Positions 1-9,214 of a stretch of 64,000 nucleotides of DNA are shown in pieces. The DNA is from an uncultured bacterium. Lineage in GTDB: Bacteria > Babelota > Babeliae > Babelales > Babelaceae. The number at the start of each line of letters is the position of its first letter. The first letter of the stretch is position 1. Location of the stretch: NCBI GenBank assembly GCA_963819815.1, contig CAWFXL010000001.1, forward strand, positions 1,248,001 to 1,312,000, given 5' to 3'. A program made the position numbers and the translations under genes. Under the pieces are notes generated by a model. It did not search any database and was not told where the DNA came from. It saw nothing but the letters and a program-made list of their open reading frames with translations.

Positions 1-606
1 TCACAGAGTGAGTTTTTAAGGTTTGTACTACAGTCTGGCACAGCAAGACGGAAGGGTACTCCAGACCCGGCTATCTGGCATTCGATGCCAGAGGTAAGGG
101 GATTCTTTTTAACCTCATTTTCAAGCCAGTCTTGGGAAGTGTAGATTGCACAAGAAGTAGGTGTTGCAATATCTTTACCAAAACTATCACAGTTTTTCTT
201 TTGTTCGGCAACATCACAGGTATCACCAGCTACGGCAAAGGTTTTGCCTTCGGCTTTTGTTTTACATAAGGTAATCGAGCTTGGCGTTCCGGGAAAGCGG
301 CGTCCAAATACGAATTCTTTTTTTAAGGTGCCTTGTAACTTCGCTAAGTTATTCGGATTTGCTAAGTCATATTGAGGTGTGCAAAAGGCAGGTTTTGCTG
401 GTCCATAAAAAGGATCATCTTTATATTGGTCACAGATGGCCTGTAATTTATTTTGGTCACAAGATGCGCCAAGGGCAAGGTAATCAGTTCTTTTTGCTCC
501 GGGCTTTGTCGTCTTGCAGGTTACAAGACCTGCAATTGTCCTCTGCCTGTGCTGCAGTTCCTGACATAAGAATGAATAGGCTGCTTAGCAGTGTGAGAAA
601 TTTCAT
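1..606 (-). CDS. Secreted Cys-rich repeat protein, frameshifted near 540, runs off the window edge (not in ORF track)
   Basis: ATG at 606 overlaps the upstream stop (ATGA) and gives signal peptide MKFLTLLSSLFILMSGTAAQAE; that frame stops at 484-486, but the +1 frame is open from 539 to 1 and encodes three Cys-patterned repeats. Confidence 0.7.
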
Positions 607-1253
607 GAGGTGACTCCTTCTTTTTGTGTTGTCGCTTTTGTACGCTCTAATAGTTCCTTCTGTACTTTCCCGTTAAGTACTTTTCCAGTGAATGTTGCAT
701 TATCTGAAAGGATAATTGTTCCTGATTGGCCAATAAACTGTATAGGGCCCGCTACTAACGTTTTTTTTCCTTTCAATACTACTTGTGGACCCTTGGGGAG
801 GTCTTTTTTCGTGCTGATAGTATAAGAAGCGGTAAATCCAGAATTAGTTTGTTGCACTTCTGATGCTGATGTAGCTATAGTAATGCCACCTGCAGAGCTG
901 TTTTCGAGTGTTACGAGGGTTGAATCATCCCCATCAATCGTAAGATCATCTTTAAAATCTGAGTCGCTAGCCTGTATATTGCCATACACTTCAACTGGAC
1001 CGTTAAACGAGGTATTGTTTGCCACAAGTGGTCCTCTGATCGTGGCTGTACCTATTTCGCTTCCTTTATACAGATAGGTTGGACCATAGACGTCTATAGT
1101 TGCGGCCGTAAGCCCAGTGCCCGTTAAAGGGCCCATAGTAGTAAGGGTATCAAAGACTTTATCAGTATATGAGGCAGGCCCCATAACCTTTTGAGATTCT
1201 ACAGCTCCTAAACTAGCTACAGCAAATACTATAAGACTTATGACTTTCTTCAT
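603..1253 (-). CDS. Secreted beta-repeat protein (bactofilin/beta-helix-like)
   Basis: Signal peptide; recurring hydrophobic-x-G-P units about every 16-17 aa (MGP, MGP, YGP, RGP, YGN). Confidence 0.6.
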   Translation of the reverse strand: MKKVISLIVFAVASLGAVESQKVMGPASYTDKVFDTLTTMGPLTGTGLTAATIDVYGPTYLYKGSEIGTATIRGPLVANNTSFNGPVEVYGNIQASDSDFKDDLTIDGDDSTLVTLENSSAGGITIATSASEVQQTNSGFTASYTISTKKDLPKGPQVVLKGKKTLVAGPIQFIGQSGTIILSDNATFTGKVLNGKVQKELLERTKATTQKEGVTS

Positions 1254-1443
1254 AGGGTTACTTTCTCTGTATTATTTGAATTATTCTATCTAGTACCAGA
1301 TTAAATAAATGCCATTCTATTTGTCAATGATTTTCCCGATTAATATAAAATTAAATTCTCTTCGGGGGGGCTGAGCTGAGACTAGTCATGAATTCTAGCA
1401 CTATATTCTATCTATGATTCGAGCAGAAAGGCTAATAAGTACC

Positions 1444-1472
1444 TTGACGGCACGGTCATTTTTTTGTAAACT
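1444..1472 (+). promoter_or_regulatory. sigma70-type promoter of the AAA/DUF4143 gene
   Basis: TTGACG-17 nt-TAAACT. Confidence 0.55.
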
Positions 1473-1558
1473 TTCAAATGGTATAGCTTTTTTGCAAGTC
1501 TATTTTCAAAAAAGCTATACCATTTGAAGATGGGCTTGCAGCCGGTATAGCTTTTTTG
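1473..1558. repeat. Perfect 22-bp inverted repeat plus a third 15-bp copy (GGTATAGCTTTTTTG)
   Basis: TTCAAATGGTATAGCTTTTTTG at 1473-1494, its reverse complement at 1507-1528, third box at 1544-1558. Confidence 0.9.
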
Positions 1559-1571
1559 AAGGCAGACTTAT

Positions 1572-2723
1572 ATGATAAAAAGAAAATTCTGGATAGACAA
1601 AATTGAAAAAGCCTGGAAGGTACGGTCAATCGTGTGGCTGGCAGGAGTTCGTCGTGTTGGTAAAACATCACTTTGTCAGACACTTGACGATATTATATAT
1701 TTCGATTGCGAGAGGCTTCAGGTGCGGGAGCAGATTGAGAGAGATTATGAGCTCTTCCTACGGGAACATAGTGGCCGGAGAGTTGTGCTTGACGAAGTTC
1801 ATAAGCTTCAAAATCCATCAGAAATATTAAAAGTCGCAGCAGATCATTATCCTGAAACAAAGATAATTGCTACTGGATCTTCTACCATAGAAGCTTCAAA
1901 AAAATTTAGTGATGCTCTAACGGGTAGGAAAGTTTTGGTTCATCTGACCCCTATGCTTCTCTCTGAGGGGGGGCTTTTTGGAAACACAAGTATGGCGCAT
2001 AGAATGCTTTACGGGGGTTTGCCCTTTTTTTTCCTCAGTGAACAGCTCCTTACTAGCGAGTATAAAGAATGGTTTAACTCTTTCTGGGCAAAGGATGTTC
2101 ACGAACTTTTTCAGATCGAGAAGAGAGCGTCATTCCTAAAATTCACTGAGCTGATGTTTGCACAAAGTGGGAGTATGTTCGTTGCATCAAAGTTTGCTGT
2201 TCCCTGTCAAATTAGCCATCCGACAGTATCGAACTATTTAGCGATAGCCAGGGAAACTCTTACTGCAGTGGTCGTGCGACCATATAGCACTCATGTGATA
2301 ACTGAAATTAGGTCTGCACCCAAAGTGTATAGTTTTGACACCGGATTTGCCTGCTATACGCGCGGTTGGACTTCCTTAAGAGAAAGTGACTACGGAGTTC
2401 TCTGGGAGCATCTCATACTTAATGAGTTAATTGGCTACTTTTCGCAAGAGGACATTCATTACTGGCGGGATAAAAGTGATCATGAAATAGACTTTATATT
2501 CATTAAAAATCGTAAAGAAGAGCCGGTTGCTATTGAGTGTAAGTGGAATTCGCGCTTTTTTAATCCTCTCAATATGAAGGCATTTCGTAAGCATTACCCA
2601 AAAGGTGAAAATTATCTTGTATCTGCTGACCTTACCTCATCGTATAAACGGGTTTTTGAGGGCATATCAGTCACTTTTGTTACCCCTGAAGATCTGATTA
2701 AAGAGCTTTCCAAGAGCGACTAG
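1572..2723 (+). CDS. AAA_14 ATPase with DUF4143 and C-terminal PD-(D/E)XK-like domain
   Basis: Walker A GVRRVGKT, Walker B VVLDEVH, TGSS, LTGR, GGLP, PKVYSFDTG, EIDF...IECK. Confidence 0.9.
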   Translation: MIKRKFWIDKIEKAWKVRSIVWLAGVRRVGKTSLCQTLDDIIYFDCERLQVREQIERDYELFLREHSGRRVVLDEVHKLQNPSEILKVAADHYPETKIIATGSSTIEASKKFSDALTGRKVLVHLTPMLLSEGGLFGNTSMAHRMLYGGLPFFFLSEQLLTSEYKEWFNSFWAKDVHELFQIEKRASFLKFTELMFAQSGSMFVASKFAVPCQISHPTVSNYLAIARETLTAVVVRPYSTHVITEIRSAPKVYSFDTGFACYTRGWTSLRESDYGVLWEHLILNELIGYFSQEDIHYWRDKSDHEIDFIFIKNRKEEPVAIECKWNSRFFNPLNMKAFRKHYPKGENYLVSADLTSSYKRVFEGISVTFVTPEDLIKELSKSD

Positions 2724-2814
2724 GCTTTTCTAAGCGTGGCTGCTACTATGTTGTTGGAGTTTATCATGATTTTAAGTATACTTTTTGAAGTGTTGATTAA
2801 CCATTAAGGATTGT

Positions 2815-3942
2815 ATGGCAGCTTCTTCCTTTATCCTTCCTCCCTTTAAAATTGAACGCTATTTTGCACGCTATGAATTTTCTGCTCCCTATTTATTGTG
2901 CTGCTCAGATTGTGAGCCACTTCTGCTGCCAGAGCTTTTAAGCTTGGCAAAACCTGATGATCGGTTAATGTGGGATGAGCAACGGTTAGGATATACTGAT
3001 TCGCAAGGTGAGCCCCTACTTCGCAATGAAATTGTTACTCTATATAGGACACTTATGCCAGATAACTGTCTGGTCGTAACTCCTGTTGAAGGAATATTTA
3101 TTGCTCTCAATGTGCTTCTTAAAAAAGGTGACCACTGTATAGTTACATTTCCCGGCTATCAATCATTATACGAGGTCGCACGATCCATAGGGTGTGATGT
3201 TTCCTATTGGGAACCGGTTGAAGATAAAGGGTGGTATTTTGATGTAGATCATCTTGCATCACTTATTACTCCACACACAAAAGCTCTTATTATTAATTTC
3301 CCCCATAATCCAACTGGGGCAACTATCACCAAAGAACAACTTGAGGCTATCGTCGCACTGGCGCGGGCTCACTCACTTACTATTTTCTCCGATGAGATGT
3401 ATCGCGGTCTAGAAAAAGATGATAACCAGACCCTTCCTTCGGTTGCTGATCTGTATGAGAATGGACTTATTTTAAGTGGCATGTCCAAGAGCTTTGGGTT
3501 GCCGGGATTGCGCATCGGATGGTTGGCCTCGCGCAATAAAGAGTTTCTTGAAGCATGTCTTATCTTCAAGGATTATATCACTATTTGTGCTAGTGGACCA
3601 AGTCAGATTCTCGCACTGATAGGTCTTAAGGCTCAGAAGAAGATTTTAGCCAGAAACCGAGACATCATAACCCATACGAGCGCTGCTTTTGCTGAATTTG
3701 TCTCACATCATAGCGACCGCTTTTCATGGCACCCGCCAAAGGCGGGATCTATTGCTTTTGTCAGATACCATGGTTCAGATGGGGTAACCGCATTGGCTAA
3801 AAAGCTTTTAGATGCCGAAGGGATTATGATACTTCCCTCAACAGTTTTTGATTATGGTGATGCGCATTGGCGTTTGGGGCTTGGAAGAAAGAATGTCCCC
3901 GAGATCTTGGATCGATTAGATCGATTTATGAGGAAGCTTTAG
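2815..3942 (+). CDS. PLP-dependent aminotransferase class I/II
   Basis: NFPHNPTG, DEMY and SKSFGLPGLRIGW motifs. Confidence 0.92.
   Translation: MAASSFILPPFKIERYFARYEFSAPYLLCCSDCEPLLLPELLSLAKPDDRLMWDEQRLGYTDSQGEPLLRNEIVTLYRTLMPDNCLVVTPVEGIFIALNVLLKKGDHCIVTFPGYQSLYEVARSIGCDVSYWEPVEDKGWYFDVDHLASLITPHTKALIINFPHNPTGATITKEQLEAIVALARAHSLTIFSDEMYRGLEKDDNQTLPSVADLYENGLILSGMSKSFGLPGLRIGWLASRNKEFLEACLIFKDYITICASGPSQILALIGLKAQKKILARNRDIITHTSAAFAEFVSHHSDRFSWHPPKAGSIAFVRYHGSDGVTALAKKLLDAEGIMILPSTVFDYGDAHWRLGLGRKNVPEILDRLDRFMRKL
3873..3942 (+). repeat. Direct repeat copy 1 (aminotransferase 3' end)
   Basis: 65/70 nt identical to 5305-5374 by manual alignment; weaker similarity continues about 70 nt past the stop. 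Confidence 0.9.
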
Positions 3943-4044
3943 AAGAGGCTATTCTTATAGTGCTTCTCTTTGCATATCGGTAGTGGCACATTAGTTCAGT
4001 ACTATCCAAAAATTAAGCCTGTACTTTCGTGGACAATTCATCTC

Positions 4045-5067
4045 TTACTCTTTCGCATCGAAGAAACGAACGAGGAGTTCTGCAAGTTTATTCGGTTCAT
4101 CTGAGAACCAAGCGTGACTTGCCCCTTCGAGTTCATATATAGGAATTCCCATCAATTCAATTCGATGCCAATCTTCTCCGGAAATTTTAATAGGATCTTT
4201 CGCGCCTTGCAAAACTACGAATTTGTCGCTGTAACGCGATGCCGTTTTTTCTTGATTCTCATAGTTTCCTAGTTGACTTTGATTATGTAAAGCTTCGAAC
4301 CCAAACTTGATCATAAAATACCGTGCTTCTGGATCTGTTCTCGTACCAGCCCTTCTAGTTAATTCAGAAGGAGCCAGACCGCCAAGACTGTGAAAAGTTT
4401 CAGCTTGTTGTTCAGTGAATGTTTCACGGAACGACAATAAGTCAAATACCGTCTTGCCTGCAGGAAAGGGATCAGTTGTAGGAAAGGTTTTCAAGGCAGC
4501 GAAACCTCGAGCTGCTTTCTCGAAGTCATTGATGGGTGTTCCGGTTAGTGTAACTTTTTTGATTGATGGCTCCTCAGCAACCATGTCAATTGCTACATGC
4601 CCTCCTAAGCTCCAGCCGCAGATTTCCAATTCTTTAGGATTTACTTTTACGACTTTTAAGAAATGGACGAGAGAATGGGCATATCCTGGAAAAGTGTAGT
4701 ATGATTTGTGAGCCCGGAAAATATCATTTTCATGGTCTTTGAAATAGTGACGTACATTTTCTGGAAAATTGCTACTTTTTCCATGTCCAGGTAGATCCAC
4801 AGCAAGTACACGAAAGTCTTCCAAGGCTGGATTCTTAATAATTTCGCCGAATGCTTCTTTAGAAGCTGAATTTCCATGGATAAGCAGGATGACTTTCTGT
4901 TTATCCGGATGAGCTTCTAAATAAGAAAGCTTCAAATCGTAGGACGAAACTCCCGGGACGTTTCCATCATCCAAATGAACAGTGTCAGTCTTTTCAATGA
5001 CACAGGCTGACGATGACGATGCTTTTGATAGTAATAGGAGTAACGCGAATGCTGACTTCTTGATCAT
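4045..5067 (-). CDS. Secreted alpha/beta hydrolase
   Basis: Signal peptide; LIHGNS, DLPGHGKS, GWSLGG nucleophile elbow, C-terminal Asp (GAKD) and His (ASHA). Confidence 0.9.
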   Translation of the reverse strand: MIKKSAFALLLLLSKASSSSACVIEKTDTVHLDDGNVPGVSSYDLKLSYLEAHPDKQKVILLIHGNSASKEAFGEIIKNPALEDFRVLAVDLPGHGKSSNFPENVRHYFKDHENDIFRAHKSYYTFPGYAHSLVHFLKVVKVNPKELEICGWSLGGHVAIDMVAEEPSIKKVTLTGTPINDFEKAARGFAALKTFPTTDPFPAGKTVFDLLSFRETFTEQQAETFHSLGGLAPSELTRRAGTRTDPEARYFMIKFGFEALHNQSQLGNYENQEKTASRYSDKFVVLQGAKDPIKISGEDWHRIELMGIPIYELEGASHAWFSDEPNKLAELLVRFFDAKE

Positions 5068-5304
5068 GTGAATTATCCTTCAATAGATTACATTATAATA
5101 ACATATTTTGCTGTGCCTTATAATGCCTTTGTGATATCGATACAAAGTAGCCTGAATGAGTCAGGGTTGTGACGAACTTTAGTGCTCATGAGGAACCCTG
5201 TGCTAAGATGATAGATTCATGACATTTACAAATTTCAATATCAATTGTAACAAAAGTTGACAGGGTCGTCAAACTTATTTTATAAATGAATAAACGATGT
5301 ATCT

Positions 5305-5374
5305 TTTGGGGCTTGGAAGAAAGAATATCCCTGAGATCCTGGATCGATTAGATCGATTTGTGAGGAAGCTTTAA
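5305..5374 (+). repeat. Direct repeat copy 2: orphan duplicate of the aminotransferase 3' end
   Basis: Encodes LGLGRKNIPEILDRLDRFVRKL* versus LGLGRKNVPEILDRLDRFMRKL* in the intact gene. Confidence 0.9.
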
Positions 5375-5460
5375 AAAAAGCTATACTTAGTAGTGCTTTT
5401 CATTGTACACGGTTAGTAGCATACTACTTCTGTACTATCAAAAACATTGAGGACACGTAT

Positions 5461-6027
5461 ATGAACTACTTATATCTTACTCTTTGCTTATTTTTTGCAG
5501 CAGGAACTGGGTGGTGTTCAGGATCGAAAAAAGACCTTTTTAAAGCTGGTACTGTGTATGACAAAGATGGGAGTACTATTTCTATTGCATGGCCAAATCC
5601 AAAAGAGATAGTTATAGATAAAAAGTTTGCGATACCCCAATTCAAAACAGAGTGTTGTTTGTTTGCAGCACTCATGTCAGCCTTCATGTCAGGATCTATA
5701 GCATTCATGACACTTCAGGGCAAAAGAATTTGGGGGGTAAAAGCTACCTATACCGAGCTCATTTCCCAGATAGGCGCAGTTATTGGCTTTGGATTAGCCA
5801 CAAGATGGCTTACCCATAAAGCATTCTCTTTGAATCGGGTTGAGAGAGAGGGTATTGAACCGGCAAGAAAATTTGCAGACGATCTCTATGGAAAAGTCTA
5901 CCACGAACTCTACTACGAAATATCACGTATAACATGTATTACATCAGAAGGTCGAAATTTTAGTACGTTTCCAGGATTACGTTTCCTTGCATTCCTTGCA
6001 GGCGTCAAAAGTGACGAAGCAAAATAG
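5461..6027 (+). CDS. Hypothetical exported/membrane protein
   Basis: GAGGA RBS, signal peptide, two hydrophobic segments. Confidence 0.7.
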   Translation: MNYLYLTLCLFFAAGTGWCSGSKKDLFKAGTVYDKDGSTISIAWPNPKEIVIDKKFAIPQFKTECCLFAALMSAFMSGSIAFMTLQGKRIWGVKATYTELISQIGAVIGFGLATRWLTHKAFSLNRVEREGIEPARKFADDLYGKVYHELYYEISRITCITSEGRNFSTFPGLRFLAFLAGVKSDEAK

Positions 6028-6062
6028 TTTCCCGAGGCAGCCCCTTTTGTTATTCGCGTAAT

Positions 6063-7388
6063 CTATTCGCTAAAAAGCGTAACAAGCTCGTAGACATGAC
6101 TGAACTTAAGCGTCGTGCAAGAGGTATCGACTTTCTGGTTCTGCGCAAGTATGAGGCGCTGTATACCAAATTTCTCTGCTTCAGCGGCATGGATGGTCAT
6201 CTGGTTGATCGGCTTTATTTGCCCGGTAAGGCTAACTTCCCCTAAGATAAGAGATTTTTCTGGTAATGGCTTTTGGAAATAACTGGAGAGTAATGCAAGA
6301 GCGATACCAAGATCGGCGCTTGCGCTTTTTATCTTAAAACTACCGCTAATTTTGAAGAAGATGTCATGAGTACCGAATTTTATATGCAGGTACTTCTCAA
6401 GAATAGCTGCGATAAGAACCACTTGGGTATGATCAATGCCTGAAACTACCCGTTGCGGAATGCCATACTTTGATTGTAAGACAAGTGCCTGTAATTCAAT
6501 AAGAAGGGGTCGTGAGCCTTCAATAAAGCTAATGAGCACCGATCCTGGATTGTGGGACAGCTCTTCAAGAAGATGCTCATTAATATTAGGCATCTCTTTC
6601 AAACCTTGCTCTTCCATCGAAAAGAAGCCCAGTTCGCAGACCGTTCCAAATCTATTTTTCACTGAGCGGAGCACCCGCATTTGCCAGCGATCTTCGCCTT
6701 GCAGATAAAAGACTGCATCTACCAAATGCTCCAAGGTCTTAGGGCCTGCCATAACCCCCTCCTTGGTGATATGGCCGCTCGCAATAATGGCTATTCTGTT
6801 CTCTTTTGCCATACGCATTAATTTAAAGGCAGCTTCCTTAAGTTGGCCAATACTTCCTGACAAAGCGGGACTGTCGGTGATGTAACAGTTTTGTATAGAG
6901 TCGATAATAACCACAGCAGGTTTTTCTTGGATGCAGGTGGCAAGGAGCGATTCTAAATTTGGATCATCAGAAAAGAGAAGTTTCTGAGCTTGTATATGAA
7001 GACGCTCTGCACGAGATTTTACTTGTTCAAGAGATTCTTCAGAAGAGAAATAGAAGACCTTGTATGTATTGGCTAATTGCTGAGCAATATGGAGGAGCAG
7101 CGTAGACTTGCCAATGCCAGGATCTCCGGTAAGAATACTGAAACTGCCAGGAACAATTCCGCCACCCGTTACCCGGTCCCACTCTTTTATACCGGTGAGC
7201 ATTCGCTTGGTTGGTTCGAGCGTAATTGTACTTAAGTCAGAGAGTGCAACAGGAATGGCTTGACCGACAGCCTTTGCCGGGATCAACTTAATGGTGTCGA
7301 ACCTTTGACAATCAGGACAGCAGCCAAGCCATTTTATAGTTTGGTATGAGCAATTGTTGCAAGAATAGATGGAGCTTTTTTTTGACAT
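6063..7388 (-). CDS. radA: DNA repair protein RadA/Sms
   Basis: N-terminal C4 zinc finger, GDPGIGKST, KNRFG, Lon-like C-terminus. Confidence 0.96.
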   Translation of the reverse strand: MSKKSSIYSCNNCSYQTIKWLGCCPDCQRFDTIKLIPAKAVGQAIPVALSDLSTITLEPTKRMLTGIKEWDRVTGGGIVPGSFSILTGDPGIGKSTLLLHIAQQLANTYKVFYFSSEESLEQVKSRAERLHIQAQKLLFSDDPNLESLLATCIQEKPAVVIIDSIQNCYITDSPALSGSIGQLKEAAFKLMRMAKENRIAIIASGHITKEGVMAGPKTLEHLVDAVFYLQGEDRWQMRVLRSVKNRFGTVCELGFFSMEEQGLKEMPNINEHLLEELSHNPGSVLISFIEGSRPLLIELQALVLQSKYGIPQRVVSGIDHTQVVLIAAILEKYLHIKFGTHDIFFKISGSFKIKSASADLGIALALLSSYFQKPLPEKSLILGEVSLTGQIKPINQMTIHAAEAEKFGIQRLILAQNQKVDTSCTTLKFSHVYELVTLFSE

Positions 7389-7394
7389 GACCCC

Positions 7395-8003
7395 TTACGC
7401 GATGCTCGTTATCATCGGTTTCCAGCCTACTTTATCAATAATAAAGCAGTCTCTGCAACGCGCTTGATATACATCTTGCGCTCCGATTAATACAATCGGG
7501 TCATCAAACTTAGCGGCGCGTCCATCGATAAGTCTCTGGCTATAGTGAGCATCATTGCCACAGGTCATACAGACTGCATACAATTTGGTGATGCGGTCGG
7601 CAATCGCTAGAAGTGGAGGAATAGGCCCAAAGGGTACCCCTCTAAAATCTAAATCGAGTCCAGCTGCAATAACCTTTTTTCCCTCTTCGACAAGATCAAG
7701 AATGGTGCGTACGATTTCAGGAGAGAAGAATTGTGCTTCATCGATTGCGATGATCTGCGTTTCTTCATTAATAAATTGTTTGATGTCCTCAGGATTATCT
7801 ATGGCGATCGCCTTAAGCTTGTCACCATTATGCGTGCTAATAAAATCTATTGACACGCGGTCATCAAATCGATGCTTGAAGACAGTAATTTTAAGATTAG
7901 CTAGCTCTGCACGCCGAATGCGTCGGATAAGTTCTTCTGATTTGCCAGAAAACATTGATCCAGAGATTACTTCTAATCTCCCTTTTATAGAGCGTTTTGT
8001 CAT
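7395..8003 (-). CDS. tdk: Thymidine kinase
   Basis: GSMFSGKS, IDEAQF, GLDLDFRG, Zn-site cysteines. Confidence 0.96.
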   Translation of the reverse strand: MTKRSIKGRLEVISGSMFSGKSEELIRRIRRAELANLKITVFKHRFDDRVSIDFISTHNGDKLKAIAIDNPEDIKQFINEETQIIAIDEAQFFSPEIVRTILDLVEEGKKVIAAGLDLDFRGVPFGPIPPLLAIADRITKLYAVCMTCGNDAHYSQRLIDGRAAKFDDPIVLIGAQDVYQARCRDCFIIDKVGWKPMITSIA

Positions 8004-8124
8004 GATGCATTCCCCCGTCCCCCTTCAGCCCTGTATTATTTCTTGTAGGATAGCATGAAACAGATGCTCTGAGAATAGGATTTTGCTAATTATGAATATT
8101 GTTTGCTGTGAAGATCTAGAATGG

Positions 8125-9078
8125 CTATTGGATGTAACCAGCTGCGATGAGGCGAGAAACGGCATCTTCTTGAATGAGAGCTTTCTGAAGGTACTCATAC
8201 TTCGTGGTAATATAGAGTTCACGTTCGTCGGTATACCAGAAAGCATTTTTCATATCCTGAAGAGCTGTTGAGGCAAGATCAAAGAATGAAGGTTCGAGCT
8301 CAGGTCCTGCAAGTGAAAGGAAATAGGCATAACGATGAAGAAGGATCCAATAAAGATCATCAAGCATCTCTCGATCAACAATCGCATGTTGTGCACAGAG
8401 ATCAAGGCGATGACCGATTGCTATCATACAGTGCCAGGTATCTTCTTGATTGTAGGGACTCCAAACGAGTAACTGTAATGCTTGTGATAAGAAATAATGC
8501 ATGACATGTTGCAGTTCCCGAACCGATATATCCTGTTTTTCAAAAGGATCTATGAGAGTATATAATTGAGCTGATAATTCCGTAAGGGCTTCATCAGGTT
8601 CACTCCGAAGCAAATCGAACCTATCTGCCAGGTAGGCACCAATAGTTCTTTTAAATGCTTCTATGATAGTGTTTCTATCTGCTTCTGCATCGGTATAAGG
8701 TGCCGCATAGGTTATAAGATCATCTAAAAAGCTGCAAAAAGCATATGAATTAATATAGCTAATGTCTTGGAGCTTAAGCGAGAATAGACCAACCCCTTTG
8801 CGGATGAAGCGGCGTGGGTGGGGATGCTTTGGCGCTAGGCTAATAATTTGGCTAACGTGAGCAAAGTTTAAAGCCAAAAAATCTTGTCCGTAATGAGGGT
8901 GATTGAAAATGTTCTTGAGAAAATAGCTGATGCTTTCTCGTGAATAGGTAAGAGGTCGTGAAAAATCTCCCTGCATGGTAATAGATGGATTAGCATAACT
9001 TTTTTTGCTATCTTCTGAGAGAATAGTAGAAAAATACAGTGTGCTTACTAAGGCGCATGTGATTAAGCTACGGTTCAT
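8125..9078 (-). CDS. Hypothetical exported helical protein
   Basis: Long ORF; ATG at 9078 follows GGAG and gives a signal peptide. Confidence 0.7.
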   Translation of the reverse strand: MNRSLITCALVSTLYFSTILSEDSKKSYANPSITMQGDFSRPLTYSRESISYFLKNIFNHPHYGQDFLALNFAHVSQIISLAPKHPHPRRFIRKGVGLFSLKLQDISYINSYAFCSFLDDLITYAAPYTDAEADRNTIIEAFKRTIGAYLADRFDLLRSEPDEALTELSAQLYTLIDPFEKQDISVRELQHVMHYFLSQALQLLVWSPYNQEDTWHCMIAIGHRLDLCAQHAIVDREMLDDLYWILLHRYAYFLSLAGPELEPSFFDLASTALQDMKNAFWYTDERELYITTKYEYLQKALIQEDAVSRLIAAGYIQ

Positions 9079-9214
9079 AAAATAAGCTCCAAAGATACTC
9101 AAAAAGCTGTGTATTCACTATACTGCTCGTTTATAGTACCATTAAGGGAACGACAGATCAAGCAGCAAATAATGGTCTTGGTGGTGAGCAATTTTGATCA
9201 ACTAAAAGGAAGAG

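Noticed and set aside
281..613. 110-aa plus-strand ORF
   Set aside because: Shadow of the frameshifted minus-strand Cys-rich gene; no protein-like features
1361..1400. GGGGGGGCTGAGCTGAGA resembling the start of a TPP riboswitch
   Set aside because: Downstream CCC/GAACCTGAT/AGGGA core elements are absent
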